Below are positions 61,470 through 64,000 of a DNA stretch of 64,000 nucleotides, piece by piece (the first letter of the stretch is position 1; each line of letters starts with the position of its first letter). This DNA is from Octopus sinensis (taxonomy: Eukaryota): the NCBI RefSeq assembly GCF_006345805.1, contig NC_043008.1:22878001-22942000 (forward strand). Direction: 5' to 3'. The position numbers and the translations under genes were made by a program. The notes beneath the pieces were generated by a model. It had not been told where the DNA came from. It saw only the letters and a list, made by a program, of their open reading frames with translations, and ran no database searches.

Positions 61470-61978
61470 TCGTAGTTGTGGCTGATGCCAATGCTGCCTG
61501 ATTGGCACCCGTGCTGGTGGCATGTAGTAAACACTATTCAAGTGTGAGTCAATGCAAGTGCTGCCAAACTGGCCCCCTGGCTGGTGGCACATAAAAAGCA
61601 CCACCTGAACGTGGACGATGCCAGTGCCCTCTGACTGGCTCCTGTTGTGGGTGGCATGTAAAAAGCACCTTCCAAACATGGTTGATGCCAGTGCCCACAG
61701 ATTGGTTCCCATGCCAGTGGAATGTAAAAGAGCGCCATCTGAATGTGGCTGATGTCAGTGCCACCTAACTGGCTACCCTGCCGGTGGCACATAAAAAGCA
61801 CCCACTACACTCTCAGAGTGGTTGGCATTAGGAAGGGCATCAAGTTGTAGAAACCTTGCCAGATCAGATTGGAGCCTGGTGCAAGTCTACTGGCTTGCCA
61901 GTCCTCAGTCAAACCATCCAACCCATGCCAGCATGGAAAACGTACGTTAAACGATGATGATGATGATGATGATGATAA
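61470..61978 (+). mobile_element. Family C copy with about 6 subunits
   Basis: Repeated aaaa(a)gcacc units, core and (GAT)n tail. Confidence 0.8.
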
Positions 61979-63099
61979 TTTACAGAGTGTACCATCTCAC
62001 TTTATTGCCACCCCTGTACTTAAAATGTTACCCAAGGTGCCTTGCAGTGCAACTGAGCCCTAAATCACGAGACTGCAATGCTAAGTTCTTAACCACACAG
62101 CCATGTCTGTGCCTATCTTCACATCTCCTCATCTTGTCACTCCATTATGTCCCAGCCCTAACCAACCACTTTTCTGACTGTTTCTTCTCCATAAACCTGA
62201 TCCTCCGAAATCCCCTTCCTTGCCAGCATATTTCTTGCAGGTATTGACGTTTCTTTTGCTGCATAGTCAGAGGGAGATCATCATCATCGTTGTTCGACCG
62301 TGGTCAATACAATGGAATTTACCATGCTACGCCAGACTTCACGATCCATCATGGCATTACGGAGATCCTGTTGCTGGATGCCTGTATCCCTGGAGAACGT
62401 GATCAGAGACAGGACCCGGCAAAGCAGGGGCTGGACCTATATCCGCAGGTATACCATTAGGTCTGGTTCCCTGGGGAAGAGGAACCCTGGTGCAGTTAAT
62501 TGCAAATTCCATAGTCTTTTCAAATGGCTAATAATGTGTGTGCGCGCCACTACTACACATAGAGGGAGAAGAAAAGTAGCCAAAACCTTTTATTTTTTTA
62601 GGGCCACATTTTTTTGTGGGTGGGGTGCAGGCATCAGGATTTGTGGGAAAAATTGTGTAAGTTATTCTTAAACCAGGAATCCAGCTGGGATATTTGCAAC
62701 AAAACGGAGCTCAAGAACCAGTTGATAGTGTTAAACTGAGCAATACATCAAGTCTACCACCCAAAATTAAAGTTACCCATACCCAAGATTAACTTTACCA
62801 CCATAGATTAACTCTACCATCCAAAATAATGTCTAATATCTAAGGATTAAGAGTAACACCTAACATTAGGTGTACCCTATGTACATAATTAACTGTAGCA
62901 CCTTAGATTAAAGTAAGTGTGCTATTCAACATGAAATCTACCCCACGCCTAGTTTTAATATCAACCAGTCAAGGATTAATTCTACCAACACAAGATTAAC
63001 TCTTCTGTGAAAGTTAATCATAAACCTAATTGAGTTTACACAAGAGAATTTGGAAGTGTAACAGCCTTAACTGTTTTCTCTCACCTAGACGACCCCCAC

Positions 63100-63560
63100 C
63101 TCAGAGAGAAAGAAACAAAGAAAGAGAGAAAGAGAGAGAAAGGAAGAAAGAAAAAGAAAAAAAGAGAGAAAGAGAAAGAAAGAAAGAAAGAAAGAAAGAA
63201 AAAGAGAGAGAGGGGGGAGAAAGGAAGAAAGAAAGAAAGAGAGAAAGAGAAAGGAAGGAGATGAATAAAGAAAGAAAGAAAGAAAGGAAGAAAGAAAAAA
63301 GAAAGAGAGAAAGAAGGAAAGAAAAAGAAAGCAAGCAAGAAAGAAAGAAAGAAAGAAAGAAAAAGCAAGAAAGGCAGAAAGAAAAAAGAAGGAAAGAAGG
63401 AAGGAAAGAAAGAAAGAAAGAAAGAGAAAGGAAGAAAGAAAGAAAAGAAGAGAGAAAGAAAAGAAGAAAGAAAGGAAGAAAAGAAGAAAGAGAAAGAAAG
63501 AAAGAAGAAAGGAAGAAAAAGAAAGGAAAATGAGAAAAAAAAAAAGGCAGAGGAGAAGAA
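63100..63560. repeat. (GAAA)n/purine-rich low-complexity tract
   Basis: Visible directly in the sequence. Confidence 0.9.
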
Positions 63561-63809
63561 AAGTATATAATATCCATTGACATGACATGAACAGCTGATG
63601 TTTGATTGATTGATTGTCTACTGTAATATTAACATGTTCATGTACGCTGCTCGCCAGTGATACACAAAGGAAGAGCAATAAAGCTGAATGAATAAATATA
63701 CAATACGCTATTATAACAACTGTTAGTTCTCACTTGACAGTCCGCATGCCTTTACAAATCAAACTGTCGTTATAAAGTGTGTTCTGAAATCTCTGATATT
63801 GATTCTCTT

Positions 63810-64000
63810 GACTCTTTACTCTTTTACTTGTTTCAGTCATTTGACTGCGGCCATGCTGGAGCACCGCCTTTTAGTCGAGCAAATCGACCCCGGGACTTAT
63901 TCTTTTGTAAGCCCAGTACTTATTCTATCGGTTTTCTTTTGCCGAACCGCTAAGTGACGGGGACGTAAACACACCAGCATCGGTTGTCAAGCAATGCTAG
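63810..64000 (-). mobile_element. SINE family A, 3' half (cut by the window end)
   Basis: Consensus match. Confidence 0.85.

Noticed and set aside
63030-63678. K/E/R-rich and F/L/S-rich ORFs
   Set aside because: They are translations of the (GAAA)n low-complexity tract.

Overview
Eukaryotic, AT-rich, repeat-saturated genomic DNA. The SINE families and microsatellite load resemble an octopus/cephalopod genome, but this is inference from recall, not a database match. I recognise no cellular protein-coding gene. Nearly all long ORFs in the track are microsatellite or SINE read-throughs. The window holds many copies of tRNA-derived SINEs (my labels A, B, D and CORE-type variants) and RTE-LINE relics with their dispersed 3' ends (label C). 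It also holds a near-complete CR1 LINE, a truncated Gypsy gag-pol, Penelope relics, and mariner/Tc1, pogo, piggyBac, hAT, MULE, Merlin and Helitron derivatives. The most notable items are: (1) an intron-containing tRNA-Lys(UUU) with a correct anticodon-intron pair; (2) three minimal type-I hammerhead-ribozyme-like motifs, one directly downstream of a tRNA-Arg-like Pol III head inside a Penelope 3' region; (3) a CR1 LINE, with tandem CCCH fingers in ORF1, sitting in one arm of a ~700-bp-arm palindrome whose other arm keeps the empty site; (4) SINE domain shuffling; (5) a ~6-kb interspersed-repeat-free, CpG-retaining island. Some segments look like error-prone long-read sequence, so palindromes, duplications and frameshifts need read-level confirmation. 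Boundaries of degenerate repeats are approximate.
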